DNA of 64,000 bases from Nitrospirota bacterium (lineage in GTDB: Bacteria > Nitrospirota > UBA9217), in NCBI GenBank assembly GCA_963790205.1, contig CAWBNQ010000014.1, forward strand, positions 32,001 through 96,000, in the 5' to 3' direction. The translations under genes and the position numbers were made by a program. Shown piece by piece: positions 1-11,203 of this stretch. Numbering within the stretch: position 1 is the first letter of the stretch; every line of letters starts with the position of its first letter. Under the pieces are notes generated by a model that saw only the letters and a program-made list of their open reading frames with translations, was not told the origin of the DNA and did not search any database.

Positions 1-380
1 TTGATCAGGGCGGCAAACTTGATAATCTCCTCTTGCGTAATGCCGGGCTTGAAGATGATCCCGCCCACATCGCGGCCGACCAACTGCTCCATAAGCAGGG
101 AAAGGCTCTGATCGACGGGCACGGAGTGCGTCTCGAAAAATAATTCTCCCGCCGCGAGATAAAAAGCCACCTCTTTCCGGTCCACCAGCAGCTCCAGGAC
201 CCTGCTCAGGAGCTTTTCCGCTGATGCAAGCAGAAAGGGGTGCGCTTCCGGATAGAGGGTCGCGTTCCTCAAAACGGCCGACAACTGCTGGAACACGGAC
301 CTGGCCGAATTGATCAGCTGCTGTTTCGCGAAAAAAGACTGTCTCGCCTCGCCGCGGCTATCGCGTTGCTCGTCCGCCAT
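1..380 (-). CDS. N-terminal part of a probable HD-GYP/HD-domain protein (runs off the window edge)
   Basis: ATG at 380 with an AG-rich SD, overlapping the HEAT gene stop. My translation (MADEQRDSRG...LRNATLYPEAHP...FYLAAGELFF) is open to the edge and resembles N-termini of HD-GYP proteins that accompany HEAT-repeat genes. The catalytic domain is not visible. Confidence 0.5.
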   Translation of the reverse strand, partial: MADEQRDSRGEARQSFFAKQQLINSARSVFQQLSAVLRNATLYPEAHPFLLASAEKLLSRVLELLVDRKEVAFYLAAGELFFETHSVPVDQSLSLLMEQLVGRDVGGIIFKPGITQEEIIKFAALI

Positions 381-2436
381 CTCCCTCTCTCCTCTTGATT
401 TCATCCATGGCCCGCTGCGCTACAGCGCGGAGCTCTAACTGAAGTTTTCGCGGCTTCCACCACCGGATGCGGTTATATCTCGCAAGGAATTCCCCCGCGT
501 CCGGGCCGCCGATCTTCGCCAGCGCCTTGATAGCTTCGACCGTAAGCTCCTTTCCCTTGTTTTTGATGGGAAGGCCTTCCAGGAACTCCAACAATGGCTT
601 CGCCTCATGGGCGCCGATGCCCTCTAACATGGAGAAACCGCGGATGGCCATCAACTGGATCTCGGCGTCCTTGTCGTTCAGAAACTTTGCGAGAAGGCCG
701 GCGGCTTTTTTCCCCCCTATGCTGAGCAGCCCTTTGATCACTTCCTGCCGTATCCGAACATTCTTGTGGCCCGCCACTCTGAAGAGGAACGCAATGGCAT
801 CATCGGTCTTGCTCTCCCCAAGAATGCTGACGATATTGCGTACGAAGTACCAGCGTTCGTCCGATAGGTGTTCGCCGATCAGCATGAGCTGGTTCTTACT
901 CAGGTTTTTTAAAATATCAATGAGAAATTCTCTTGCCGACCGGTCGGTCTCTTCCGCGAGAAGTTCCAGCAGGACTTCCGTCACTTCACGCTCCAGGACA
1001 GACAGGTATGAATAAGCCGAAAGGTATTGAGGAGAGCCTTTGGTATATTTTCGCAGGTCGCTGATCGTTGCAGCGATGGCGGTCCTGGAGGCGGTCTTCT
1101 TCGCGGCCTCGGCCAGTCGCGGCTTGAAGGCAGGATGCACGGGCATACGGAACACCCGGATGATGAACGCGGCGAGGTCATATTCCTTCATCTTCAGGAG
1201 ATAGTTCAGCATGTCCTCAAGCTGGCGGACAACACCGGAAAAAAGTTTGATTTCCTTCTCCCCCGGCGCGGAGCCATCGGGGCTCTTCACGAGCGGGAGC
1301 AGAAAAATCAGCGTCCGCACAGCGGCCTCGATAATGTCCGACTCCATGCCCGCCTCGCTCATGTTCTTGAGCACTTCCATCTCTTCAGGGGTGTACTCAG
1401 CCATCTCCTGTACGGTATCGATAAGGTCCTGGGAAACCGGCACGGCTTCAAGAGCGACGGGGGCGGGCGGCGGGGAGGACGGCGGGGGGGTCTTGGCCGA
1501 TGATTTTTTCAGGAGCACGGATACCTGCTGCACGGTCCAGGCGGTGGAAAAACGGCCGGTCACAATTTCGTGAAGCTCGTTGGGCACCTGGTCATCGGGG
1601 CCGGCGTTCTGTTCCCTCTCCAGTTCCGCATCGAGCTCTCCGTACAGCTTGCCGGCAACAAGCCCCTCACGGTAGGGTTGTTCCAGAGAAATGGCGGACT
1701 GGGCCAAACCCTCGAACAACGTATCGCTCTGGTCGGGATGCTCCTCCCGGATCTTGCGCCCCGCTTCATTATAGAGCGCAAAGAGGCGGTCTTCCATGCT
1801 TTCATGCCCGGCGCGGGTCTGCTTCGCAAGTTCTATCATGCCCATGCCGAACCCGGCGGGATCGGTCTTGAGGTCGCCAAGGACCAGGCTGCGGCCTGAG
1901 GACTGTATCTCTTCCTTCGCGGTTTTTCCGTTGATGCCGGCAGAGAGACCGTCATCCCGTGATCCCTCGGACAGCGTCGTTATGACCTCGTCAAGTCCCG
2001 CTTCGGTAACCTTGATATGTGTTGTTCCCTTTTCCCAGAGGATCGAGGATATCCCGCCCTTGATCGCCAATTCCTCCGAGGGGAAGGAAAGGGCCCGGCA
2101 AAGATTCAGCAGTTCCTCCTCGGCTATCCCCTCGCTGAAAACGATCTCCCGCAGCCCTTTGGCGAAAAGGTCCTGGGCAATGGCCCGGTTCAACTGCGCT
2201 TCTTTCCCGACCGGGATACGCATGCTGGTAAAATAGTTTTTCTGCACCTCAACATGGTATTCCGGCGCCGTCTCCAAAAAATGATAAAGCGCTTCATAGG
2301 ATTTCCCGACGGTCCGCGAGTAGGCAATGTTGTTGGGAGGATAAAGCTTTACCGCCCTGATCGCCGAGATCAAGCTCCGCATGGCGTCCTGAGCTTCGGG
2401 AGAAAGTGATTCGGGGGATTTTTCTTCTTCCTGCAT
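358..2436 (-). CDS. HEAT-repeat protein
   Basis: 692 aa ORF with C-terminal HEAT/PBS-lyase repeats (LSDERWYFVRNIVSILG, VRIRQEVIKGL). Confidence 0.8.
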   Translation of the reverse strand: MQEEEKSPESLSPEAQDAMRSLISAIRAVKLYPPNNIAYSRTVGKSYEALYHFLETAPEYHVEVQKNYFTSMRIPVGKEAQLNRAIAQDLFAKGLREIVFSEGIAEEELLNLCRALSFPSEELAIKGGISSILWEKGTTHIKVTEAGLDEVITTLSEGSRDDGLSAGINGKTAKEEIQSSGRSLVLGDLKTDPAGFGMGMIELAKQTRAGHESMEDRLFALYNEAGRKIREEHPDQSDTLFEGLAQSAISLEQPYREGLVAGKLYGELDAELEREQNAGPDDQVPNELHEIVTGRFSTAWTVQQVSVLLKKSSAKTPPPSSPPPAPVALEAVPVSQDLIDTVQEMAEYTPEEMEVLKNMSEAGMESDIIEAAVRTLIFLLPLVKSPDGSAPGEKEIKLFSGVVRQLEDMLNYLLKMKEYDLAAFIIRVFRMPVHPAFKPRLAEAAKKTASRTAIAATISDLRKYTKGSPQYLSAYSYLSVLEREVTEVLLELLAEETDRSAREFLIDILKNLSKNQLMLIGEHLSDERWYFVRNIVSILGESKTDDAIAFLFRVAGHKNVRIRQEVIKGLLSIGGKKAAGLLAKFLNDKDAEIQLMAIRGFSMLEGIGAHEAKPLLEFLEGLPIKNKGKELTVEAIKALAKIGGPDAGEFLARYNRIRWWKPRKLQLELRAVAQRAMDEIKRREGDGGRATR

Positions 2437-2442
2437 TGTTAC

Positions 2443-2471
2443 AGAGTATCACAATGAAATATCGAAGTCAA
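2443..2471 (-). promoter_or_regulatory. sigma70 promoter, probably leaderless
   Basis: TTGACT-N17-TACTCT, then 6 nt to the ATG at 2436. Confidence 0.55.
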
Positions 2472-2674
2472 AAGAGTTATCGCCAAATTACAGCCGGCCG
2501 TTCCTTTGATCGCCAGCGGAATGAGGTTCGTTTGAGCGTCCCTGCCCCGTGAAAGACCGCCGGGCATACTCTCACGTGCGCCAGGAGGTGCTTGCCAAAA
2601 TATCCCGGCATGTCATATCAGCGCCGATTTCGGTCTCTAGCGGGACCTAACTCCCTTTTCACGAGGCGTTCCTC

Positions 2675-3871
2675 TCATGAGACGTTCCTCTTTTCCACCC
2701 TCGACACGAGCTCACCCCGGTGCAGCTTCGTACTGATCATGTCGCCTGGTTTTATCCCGGAGGCATCTTTAAGAATAGTGCCGGCAGGAAGTTTTTTCGT
2801 GATGCTGAATCCCCGCGAAAGGATGCCGAGCGGATTCAAGTGGTCGAGCCCCGCGGAAAGAGCAGCGAGAAGCGCCCGGTCCCGACGCAGGGTGTGCCTG
2901 AGCCCTGTGGCAAGCCGGCCTGCCAGCTCATCGACCCGCTGCGAATACTGCTCCAATACCCTTCTCGGGTCTGCGAGCAGCCTCGTGAATTCACGGAGGG
3001 ATGACCGGGTGAGTTCGAGCCGTTGGCGGATACTCGTGATGAGGCCTGATTCGAGGGATCTGATGGACTCCCGGAAACTTTCTTCGGTTTTGACCACCAT
3101 CTCGGCCCCCGCCGAGGGTGTCGGCGACCGAATATCGGAAACGAAGTCGGCAATGGTATAATCCGTTTCGTGCCCCACCGCGGAGACTATCGGGATCTTC
3201 GACGCGTAGATCGCCCGTGCAACCGCCTCCTCATTGAAGGCCCAGAGATCTTCGAGCGAGCCGCCGCCGCGGCCGACGATCATGACATCTACGTTCCGCT
3301 CCTGGTTGAAATATCGTATTGCCTCGACGATAGCGGGCGCTGCTTCGACTCCCTGGACCGGTACGGGGTAGATGAGGATATGCATCTTCGGATGGCGACG
3401 CTTGATCACCCGGAGCATGTCGCGGATGGCGGCGCCGGTCGGAGAAGTTACAAGACCGATGCGCTGCGGCAGCAGCGGAAGGGGTTTTTTACGGTCCAGG
3501 TTGAAGAGGCCCTCCTTTTCAAGCTTTGCTTTGAGCTGCTCGAAGGCCAGTTGAAGCGCGCCCACTCCCTTCGGTTCGATATAGTCGACGATAAACTGGT
3601 ATTCACCGCGCGGCTCATAAACGCTTACCCTGCCGCGGCAGATCACCTGGATGCCGTGCTGCAGGGTGAACTTGAGGAACCGCTGCGAGGAACGGAACAG
3701 GACTGCACGGACCTGACTCTGCTCATCTTTTAACGTGAAATAAGCATGGCCGGACTGGGGCACGGTGAGATTTGAGATTTCCCCCTCCACCCACACATCG
3801 GGGAAATTCCCCTCCAGGAGGCTCTTGATCTGATTGGTAAGCTGGGTGACGGTGAGGATGTGAGTTTGCAT
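2675..3871 (-). CDS. xseA: Exodeoxyribonuclease VII large subunit
   Basis: VWVEGEISN, SGHAYFTLKD, GRGGGSLEDLWAFN, SAVGHETD motifs. Confidence 0.96.
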   Translation of the reverse strand: MQTHILTVTQLTNQIKSLLEGNFPDVWVEGEISNLTVPQSGHAYFTLKDEQSQVRAVLFRSSQRFLKFTLQHGIQVICRGRVSVYEPRGEYQFIVDYIEPKGVGALQLAFEQLKAKLEKEGLFNLDRKKPLPLLPQRIGLVTSPTGAAIRDMLRVIKRRHPKMHILIYPVPVQGVEAAPAIVEAIRYFNQERNVDVMIVGRGGGSLEDLWAFNEEAVARAIYASKIPIVSAVGHETDYTIADFVSDIRSPTPSAGAEMVVKTEESFRESIRSLESGLITSIRQRLELTRSSLREFTRLLADPRRVLEQYSQRVDELAGRLATGLRHTLRRDRALLAALSAGLDHLNPLGILSRGFSITKKLPAGTILKDASGIKPGDMISTKLHRGELVSRVEKRNVS

Positions 3872-3922
3872 AATTGCGGATTGTAGAATGCGGATTTAAA
3901 TCCGAAATCCTCAATGCTCCTG

Positions 3923-4699
3923 CTATGATTTCAAGTGGATTCTTTCGATCGTGTTCGCCTTCCCCGTCTTCCCATCGACATCGACAACCACGCCGTTCAG
4001 GTGCACCGGCCCTTTGGGTATCTCGAACCGGTGCGGGGTCTGGTACAGAAACCGCGCAATGGCCTGCTCCTTTTTCACGCCGATGACCGAATCCGTGGGC
4101 CCCGTCATACCCGCATCGGTGATGAATGCCGTCCCGGCGGACAGGATACGCTCGTCAGCGGTCTGCACATGCGTATGAGTGCCGATCACAGCGCTCGCCT
4201 TGCCGTCCAGATGCCAGGCAAGCGCGATCTTTTCGGACGTGGCCTCGGCATGGAAGTCAATGATTACGACGGATGTTTCTTTTTTGAGCTTTTCTATCTC
4301 GCGCTCGGCGACGCGAAACGGGTCTCCCAGATTGGACATGAAAACACGGCCTTCGAGATTGAGAACGGCCGCCTTGCCCGCGCCGGTAGAGATGACCACA
4401 CTGCCATAACCCGGATTGCCCTCGGGGTAGTTGGCCGGCCTGATGAGCCGGTCCTGCTTGGTTAAATAGGGTTCGATTTCCTTTTTATCCCAGACGTGGT
4501 TTCCCGAAGTGAGGACGTGGATTCCGAGTGAGAAGAGTTCTTCGGCGATCTCGGACGTTATCCCGAAGCCCCCGGCTGCGTTCTCTCCGTTTGCGATCAC
4601 CAGGTCCGGTTTGTGCGACTCCATGAGGTCGCGCATGTTCGCCCGGACCATTTTCCTGCCCGGCTCGCCGATAATGTCGCCGATGAAAAGAACCCTCAA
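3923..4699 (-). CDS. ymdB: YmdB-family metallophosphoesterase
   Basis: FIGDIIG, NGENAAGG, DFHAEATSEK, GTHTHVQTAD; follows rny. Confidence 0.93.
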   Translation of the reverse strand: MRVLFIGDIIGEPGRKMVRANMRDLMESHKPDLVIANGENAAGGFGITSEIAEELFSLGIHVLTSGNHVWDKKEIEPYLTKQDRLIRPANYPEGNPGYGSVVISTGAGKAAVLNLEGRVFMSNLGDPFRVAEREIEKLKKETSVVIIDFHAEATSEKIALAWHLDGKASAVIGTHTHVQTADERILSAGTAFITDAGMTGPTDSVIGVKKEQAIARFLYQTPHRFEIPKGPVHLNGVVVDVDGKTGKANTIERIHLKS

Positions 4700-4889
4700 G
4701 CTGCCTCCGTTTTTGTTGTGAATTTTTCAGCGCAATCGCAGTTGAAGTATGTCCGACCGCATCCCGATCAAATGCGAAATGGCGAATGCGGAGTGAAAAG
4801 CCGTAAGAATAATTCCGCATTCCGCCCGCGCCCCGCGTTTACGAGTGCCTCGCGCGAGTGCAGGGTGAAATCCGCATTCCGCATTCGCA

Positions 4890-6446
4890 TCACTTCGCGT
4901 ACTCCACGTACCTGCTCTCGCGCACCACCGTCACCTTGATCTGACCGGGATAGGACATCTCCTGCTCGATCTTCTTTGCGATGTCGCGTGAGAGCTGGGC
5001 CGAGCTAACGTCCGAGAGGTCTTCGGGCTTCACGATGATCCTGATCTCACGGCCCGCCTGGATGGCATAGGATTTCTCCACTCCCTTGAAGGAGTTCGCG
5101 GCCGTCTCGAGCTGCTCAAGCCGTTTAAGGTAGCTTTCGAGCGTCTCGCGTCGCACACCGGGCCTGCCCGCCGAGAGCGCGTCCGCTGCCGCCACGAGCA
5201 CCGCCTCCACCGAGGTCACCTCGCCGTCGCCGTGATGGGTGAGGATTGCGTTGATCACCTTGGCTGATTCGCCGTACTTCTTGGCCACGTCGCCGCCGAG
5301 CTGGGGATGGGTCCCCTCCACCTCATGGTCGATGGCCTTGCCCAGGTCATGGAGCAGACCCGCCCTCCGCGCGAGCTTCTGGTCCACACCGCACTCCGCA
5401 GCCATGATGCCGGCGAAATAAGCGACCTCGCGGGAATGCATGAGCACGTTCTGGCCGTAGCTCGTCCGGAACCTGAGCCTCCCGAGCAGTTTGATGATCT
5501 CGGGATGGATATTGTGGAGTCCGAGGTCAAAGGCCGCTTTCTCGCCCTCGTCCTTCATGGTGATGTCCAGGTCTTTCTTGACCTTCTCCGCTATCTCCTC
5601 GATCCGGGCCGGATGAATCCGCCCGTCCTGGATCAAGCGCTCGATCGTAAGCTTCGCTATCTCTCTCCGCAGCGGGTCATAGCATGAAAGGATCACCGCT
5701 TCCGGCGTATCGTCGATGATCAGGTCGATACCGGTGGCTGCCTCAAGCGCCCGGATGTTCCTTCCCTCTCGACCGATGATCCTGCCTTTCATTTCATCAT
5801 TGGGCAGATTAACGACCGAGACGGTTGCCTCGGCAACATAGTCGCTCGCGTACCGCTGAATGGCCAGACTGATGATGTTCTTTGACTTCTTGTCGGCTTC
5901 TTCCTTGGCCTCATCTTCGATCCGCTTGATGGTCTTGGCGGCTTCGTGCTTGGCCTCGTCCTCGATCGAGACCATCAGCTGCCGTTTCGCTTCTTCAGCG
6001 GTCATGTTCGCGATCTTCTCAAGCATCTGCCGTTGTTCACGCAGACCCTTATCGAAGCGCTCTTCCTTTTCGACCGCCGCCTTCTCCCGTGCCGTCAGTT
6101 CCCGTTCCCGGCGTACGACATCGGACTCCCGCTTTTCAACAAGGTCGACTTTCTTTTCGAGGTTCTCTTCCTTCTGCGTCAAACGCCGTTCCTGATTCTG
6201 GAATTCCTGCCGTTTCTCGCGATTTTCCTTTTCGAAATCAGCCCGCGCCTGATAGAGCTTGTCCTTGACCTCGAGTACGGCTTCCTTGCGTTTGGTTTCC
6301 GCTTCGCGCTCGGCAGTTGCTACGATTTTCGAAGCCTCTGCTTCGGCGTCCTTGATCTTGCCTGCCGCGACCCTCCCTTTTACGAGCAGGCCCAGACCGA
6401 ATCCGCCGGCAAGTCCGACAATCAATAGTACAATATATTCAATCAT
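4890..6446 (-). CDS. rny: Ribonuclease Y
   Basis: N-terminal TM helix, coiled coil, KH domain ([13 protein letters not shown]), HD domain (LLHDLGK). Confidence 0.97.
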   Translation of the reverse strand: MIEYIVLLIVGLAGGFGLGLLVKGRVAAGKIKDAEAEASKIVATAEREAETKRKEAVLEVKDKLYQARADFEKENREKRQEFQNQERRLTQKEENLEKKVDLVEKRESDVVRRERELTAREKAAVEKEERFDKGLREQRQMLEKIANMTAEEAKRQLMVSIEDEAKHEAAKTIKRIEDEAKEEADKKSKNIISLAIQRYASDYVAEATVSVVNLPNDEMKGRIIGREGRNIRALEAATGIDLIIDDTPEAVILSCYDPLRREIAKLTIERLIQDGRIHPARIEEIAEKVKKDLDITMKDEGEKAAFDLGLHNIHPEIIKLLGRLRFRTSYGQNVLMHSREVAYFAGIMAAECGVDQKLARRAGLLHDLGKAIDHEVEGTHPQLGGDVAKKYGESAKVINAILTHHGDGEVTSVEAVLVAAADALSAGRPGVRRETLESYLKRLEQLETAANSFKGVEKSYAIQAGREIRIIVKPEDLSDVSSAQLSRDIAKKIEQEMSYPGQIKVTVVRESRYVEYAK

Positions 6447-7783
6447 TCTTTATCCTCCTGGTGTCTCTTCTTCAGCCCGGCAAGACGCTCTTTGATGCGT
6501 TTTTCCTCGCCCTGTTCCGTGGGCCGGTAATACTCCCGCTTCTGCGGGAGGTAGTCCTGGGCCACGTAGTGGCCCGGGTAATCATGCGGGTATCGGTAAC
6601 CTTTGCCCCTGCCGAGCCGTGCGGCCCCCTTGTAGTGGGCGTCCTTGAGGTGGTCCGGCACGGGCAGAAGCCTTCCCTCTTCAACATCCTTCATCGCCTC
6701 TTTGATGCCGAGGTAGGAGGCATTGCTCTTCGGCGCAGCGGCAACGTACACCGCGGCCTGAGCCAGCGGGATCGAGCCCTCGGGCATGCCGATGCGCTCC
6801 AGGGCCTGGTATGCGGCGGTCGCAACGAAGATCGCACGCGGGTCCGCGTTACCGACATCCTCGCTCGCGGCGATCACGATCCTGCGCGCGATGAACAGCG
6901 GGTCCTCTCCGGCGTAAATCATCTTCGCCATCCAATAGAGCGCCGCATCGGGATCGCTTCCGCGCATGCTTTTGATAAAGGCGGATATCGTATCGTAGTG
7001 CTCGTCTTCATCATACACGAGCGCCTTCTTCTGGATGGATTCCTCCGCAGTGTGGAGGTCATAGAGGATCGTGCCGGACGCATCCGGGGCCGTTGAAAGC
7101 ACGCCGAGTTCGAGGGCGTTCAGCGCTCGTCGAGCATCGCCGTTCGCTCTCGCGACGAGGAACTCGATGGCATCGGGCGTAAGGTCCACGCTGAGGTTTC
7201 CGAGTCCCCGCTCCTTGTCGGCAAGCGCGCGAAGCAAAAGGGTTTTGATGTCCTCGTCCTTGAGCGGCTTGAATTCGAAAATCTGCGAGCGGGACGACAG
7301 CGCGGGGATTATGGCAAAGAATGGGTTCGAGGTTGAAGCGCCGATAAGGGTTATGCTTCCCCGCTCCACGTCAGGCAGGAGGGCGTCCTGCTGCACGCGG
7401 GTGAAGCGGTGGATCTCATCGATAAAGAGGATCGTTCTCTTGTTGCTCCGGCTGCTCTCGAGGGCTGACTCCTGCGCCACCTTGCGGATATCGGCAACGC
7501 CGGCAGTGACCGCGTTGAGCGGGACAAAATGGGCACGGCCCCTCTCCGCGATCAGGTGCGCGAGCGCGGTCTTGCCCACTCCGGGCGGACCGTAGAGGAT
7601 AAGCGACATGAGCCGGTCGGCCTCGATGGCCCTGCGCAGAAGTTTGCCCGGCCCCAGAATATGCTCCTGTCCCACGAATTCAGACAGGTCTTCGGGCCGC
7701 ATACGCCACGCGAGCGGAGACTCCGGGCGGTCCGCGGATACAGGCTCAAGGCGCTCTTGCTTTTTGACGTTCTTTAGACCCAA
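6443..7783 (-). CDS. rarA: Replication-associated recombination protein A (MgsA family AAA+)
   Basis: [43 protein letters not shown]; exact start uncertain. Confidence 0.93.
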   Translation of the reverse strand: MGLKNVKKQERLEPVSADRPESPLAWRMRPEDLSEFVGQEHILGPGKLLRRAIEADRLMSLILYGPPGVGKTALAHLIAERGRAHFVPLNAVTAGVADIRKVAQESALESSRSNKRTILFIDEIHRFTRVQQDALLPDVERGSITLIGASTSNPFFAIIPALSSRSQIFEFKPLKDEDIKTLLLRALADKERGLGNLSVDLTPDAIEFLVARANGDARRALNALELGVLSTAPDASGTILYDLHTAEESIQKKALVYDEDEHYDTISAFIKSMRGSDPDAALYWMAKMIYAGEDPLFIARRIVIAASEDVGNADPRAIFVATAAYQALERIGMPEGSIPLAQAAVYVAAAPKSNASYLGIKEAMKDVEEGRLLPVPDHLKDAHYKGAARLGRGKGYRYPHDYPGHYVAQDYLPQKREYYRPTEQGEEKRIKERLAGLKKRHQEDKE

Positions 7784-8270
7784 CGTGATGCTTCAGGAAG
7801 GTTTCAAGACAGGCGTGATAGTGGACCGAAGAGTTTAGACCAGACCTGAGGTCAGCCTACTGAGTTTCTGGGGTATTTCCGGGTCTCCGAGAAGCTGCAT
7901 TCCTTCCGCGGGCAAATGTGTCACGGTCATGGTAAGCATTCACCGCTCGCATCTTCCCCGGGGAACTTGTCCTCGGCGTCCCTCTTTGCTGCGTGTATGT
8001 ATGAAAAAATATCCCCATTTTCAAAGTTTACTGTCTCACTGGCTAATACAATCTTCGTGCGGAACTGAGAAGATCAGGGAGCCTCAACTCAGAATTGAAT
8101 ATGAGCATCCTCAGTGTACCGCTCTTTCATGAACACTATCATAAGCGCCGGAGCCTTCCTTACTTATGCTCCTTTCGATCATGCGCTGGTTACACAATGT
8201 TGTTTTACAATAACGTGAACGTGAAATGATGCCCGGTTGCAAAAAATTTCAAAATAAAAAATATTAAAAA

Positions 8271-8450
8271 ATCCCCCGCTCTTGCCGTGTGGATAAACTT
8301 GATTCCTGGTCGTAACCAGGTGGGCGCCATAGAGGAAAGATCAGGCTTCCCAGTCTTATCTGGGCATGCACACCCTTTCCCGGGGATAGCTCCCTTTAAT
8401 TTTTTTTCACGAGGAACAAGTTTTATCAATCACGGGCAAAGCAGGGGACT
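8271..8450 (-). ncRNA. ssrS: 6S RNA
   Basis: About 180 nt downstream of zapA, the typical position. The ends pair (GTCCCCTGCTTTGCCCGTG / CACGGCAAGAGCGGGGGA). Internal AAAGGGAG, GTGCATG, GGAAGCC and GGCGCCCACCT segments are typical of 6S. Confidence 0.85.
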
Positions 8451-8621
8451 TTGTTCCTATTATTTTATCTATGAATATTATATACCAGAATCAGACAAAA
8501 ATGGCAAGAAAAAAAAGGTTGGTTTTGAGCTGCAATTCTATGATTTATATGTAATTACAATGCGTTACACTTTACCAGGTGCGTGGATATACACTAAAAA
8601 CACCCCACCTGCCGCGTTGTC

Positions 8622-8906
8622 CTACTGACTTTCCCGAGCATGCTCAGTGAGTTTGAGCAGACGTTGAAGCGCTTTTTCTGTTGTTGATCCCAAGACCGCG
8701 TTCTCCGCTCGAAGGCGGTAGAGTTCATCGCTGATGGTAAGGGCCGTCAGGATGGCCACCCGGTGAGGATCGGCAGTGCCTGTGCCCTTCTGCACTTCCT
8801 TCATCTTGGCGTCGATAAAGGAGGCAAGATCACGGATATAGGCGGGGTCGTCCTTGCCCTTGATGCTGTACACTTGGCCGAATATCTCTACCTGAACGCT
8901 CTCCAT
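8622..8906 (-). CDS. zapA: Cell division protein ZapA
   Basis: VEIFGQVYSIKG...VAILTALTISDEL; ATG at 8906 with SD. Confidence 0.9.
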   Translation of the reverse strand: MESVQVEIFGQVYSIKGKDDPAYIRDLASFIDAKMKEVQKGTGTADPHRVAILTALTISDELYRLRAENAVLGSTTEKALQRLLKLTEHARESQ

Positions 8907-8984
8907 CTGTTCTCCCACCACCAAGGCACGAAGAGTACCAAGAAATTCTACTTAGAGTCTTTGTGTCTTCATGGTGCAGTTTTT

Positions 8985-9890
8985 TTACAGCAGCGCATCC
9001 ACGAATTCTTTCGGGTCAAACTCCCGCAAGTCTTCGATTGCCTCGCCGATGCCCACGAATTTCACCGGGATCGATAGTTCCTTGTTGATGGCAAACACGA
9101 TGCCGCCTTTCGAAGTACCGTCGAGCTTGGCGAGCACGATGCCGGTAAGCCCTATTGCCTCATGGAACATCTTCGCCTGCGCAAGCCCATTCTGACCCGT
9201 GTTCCCATCGAGCACCAGCAGGGTTTCATGCGGCGCCCCCGGCAGCTCGCGGGACAGGATGCGCTTCACCTTCTTCAGCTCTTCCATGAGATTTGACTTG
9301 GTATGAAGCCTGCCGGCCGTGTCCACGATGAGGACGTCCATGACCCGGGCCTTGGCCGCATTGACAGCATCGAACACCACGGCTCCCGGGTCCGCCCCCT
9401 CTTTGTGTTTGATCACCGGAATGCCGGCGCGCTCGCCCCAGATAGAAAGCTGTTCCGATGCCGCAGCGCGAAAGGTATCACCCGCGGCCAGCATCACTTT
9501 CTTGCCCTCGCCGTGCAGCCGGTATGCCAGCTTTCCAATCGTGGTGGTTTTGCCCGTGCCGTTCACGCCCACGACGAGTATGATGGAGGGAGCGGCACTA
9601 ACTTCCAGTTTCGCGGTGCGCCCCGCCAGGATAGCATACAGGAGCTCTTTAAGACGTTCTTTGACCTCTGCCGGTGCGGACAGTTCCTTGCGTTTGAACC
9701 GTTCCGTCAGGTCTTTAAGGACAAAGGTCGCCGTCTCAACTCCCACGTCGGCAGAGATAAGCGCCTCCTCAAGCTCGTCAAGAAAGCCCTCTTCGATCTT
9801 CTGGCCGAGGACCAGCGAGCCGATCCGGTCCGCTAAGTTTTTCCTGGTCTTTGCCAGCCCGTCGCTCAGGCTGCGAAAAACACCCAACAT
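8985..9890 (-). CDS. ftsY: SRP receptor FtsY
   Basis: [37 protein letters not shown]. Confidence 0.96.
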   Translation of the reverse strand: MLGVFRSLSDGLAKTRKNLADRIGSLVLGQKIEEGFLDELEEALISADVGVETATFVLKDLTERFKRKELSAPAEVKERLKELLYAILAGRTAKLEVSAAPSIILVVGVNGTGKTTTIGKLAYRLHGEGKKVMLAAGDTFRAAASEQLSIWGERAGIPVIKHKEGADPGAVVFDAVNAAKARVMDVLIVDTAGRLHTKSNLMEELKKVKRILSRELPGAPHETLLVLDGNTGQNGLAQAKMFHEAIGLTGIVLAKLDGTSKGGIVFAINKELSIPVKFVGIGEAIEDLREFDPKEFVDALL

Positions 9891-10036
9891 GAATACTCCT
9901 TAAAAAATAAAATCCTAAATTCGAAGCACAAATCCTAGATACATCACAAGCTCAAATGGACCAAGAAAATATATCTGTATCGTTGAATTTTTTTGATATT
10001 GTTTAGGATTCAGATATTCGTATTTCGTACTTGCGC

Positions 10037-11107
10037 TTAAATATCCAACGGCAGTTTGCCGGACGCATCAGGGTCCGCGCTGCGAACCGTCTTCTTGCCT
10101 TTGAGCTTTCCCTCTTCTCCTTCACCCGGTCCTGCGGCCGAAGACACCGCTGAGCCGGGATAGGCCATCTTCCGGTAAAGATACCGGTCGTGCATCTTGC
10201 TGAAATTGGACCACTCACCTTCAGCCACGTTTTCCTTCTTGAGCGTTGCCTGGAAGTTGTTGATCTTCGCCGAGAGGTCGTCCAGGTAATTGATGACGAC
10301 GGCCTCCTGGATCTTGGGCCTCTTGGGAGACCCGAATTCATACTCTCCGTGATGCGAGAGGATGATGTGCTTGAGCAGCATGGCCAGTTCCGATGGAAAG
10401 CCCTCGATGGTCTTGATCTTTTCAACGACCATCTCGTATCCGAGCGAAATGTGGCCGATAAGACGCCCCTCCGTGGTATATTCGATCGACTTTCTGACGG
10501 AAAGTTCGTACACCTTGCCGATGTCATGCAAAAAAGCTCCCGTTACCAGGAGATCAACATCAATCGATGGAAAATGTTTGGCCACATCGCGCGAAAGAGA
10601 AATGAGCTCGGTCACGTGTTCGAGCAGGCCTCCGATATAATTGTGATGGAGCGTCTTCGCGGCCGGAGTGCGCTTAAAAGCTTCCAGGAACGGCGTATCG
10701 TCCAGAAAAGCGTCAAAAAGCCGCTTCAAGTGCCCGTTGGTCAGGCCGGCGGCGGCGGCCTTCAATTCTTTGACCATGTCATCGACATTGCGGGGAGAGG
10801 TCTGAATGAAGTTTGCAAAATCCACTCTCGAGTCGTCGACCTTTTCAAGCGTCTTCATCTTTATCTGCATCGTGCCCTGGTAGTAGGCAGCGACTCCTTT
10901 GATGCGAACGAAGTCCTCCCGCTCGAATCTTCCGGCGACCTCTTCGGCGTTGTCCCAAAGCTTGCCATCAAGCTCCCCGGTCTTGTCGGCGAGTTTCAGG
11001 GAAAGATAGGTCACGCCGTTCTTTGCCGTGGAGACCTGCTTCGACGTAACCAGATAGATCTCCTCCACCCAGTCGCCTTCTTTTAACGATACTATGGTCT
11101 GCATCAT
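10037..11107 (-). CDS. yhaM: 3'-5' exoribonuclease YhaM/Cbf1 family
   Basis: OB fold plus HD domain (HHNYIGGLLEH, LHDIGK, GRLIGHI). Confidence 0.88.
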   Translation of the reverse strand: MMQTIVSLKEGDWVEEIYLVTSKQVSTAKNGVTYLSLKLADKTGELDGKLWDNAEEVAGRFEREDFVRIKGVAAYYQGTMQIKMKTLEKVDDSRVDFANFIQTSPRNVDDMVKELKAAAAGLTNGHLKRLFDAFLDDTPFLEAFKRTPAAKTLHHNYIGGLLEHVTELISLSRDVAKHFPSIDVDLLVTGAFLHDIGKVYELSVRKSIEYTTEGRLIGHISLGYEMVVEKIKTIEGFPSELAMLLKHIILSHHGEYEFGSPKRPKIQEAVVINYLDDLSAKINNFQATLKKENVAEGEWSNFSKMHDRYLYRKMAYPGSAVSSAAGPGEGEEGKLKGKKTVRSADPDASGKLPLDI

Positions 11108-11203
11108 GGCCCTCGTTTCGTGCGGTGCAGTGATAATAAACTATCGCCCCGGCATTGTCAAACGGAAAGCAGGCGGAATGCGGGTGTTATGCGTTGAGAA
11201 CGG

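Noticed and set aside
2437..2674. xseB after xseA
   Set aside because: No XseB-like reading frame found; separated xseA and xseB genes are common.
7927..8142. Double-UGA selenoprotein after 6S RNA
   Set aside because: No redox-motif context and no convincing SECIS; more likely decay or chance.
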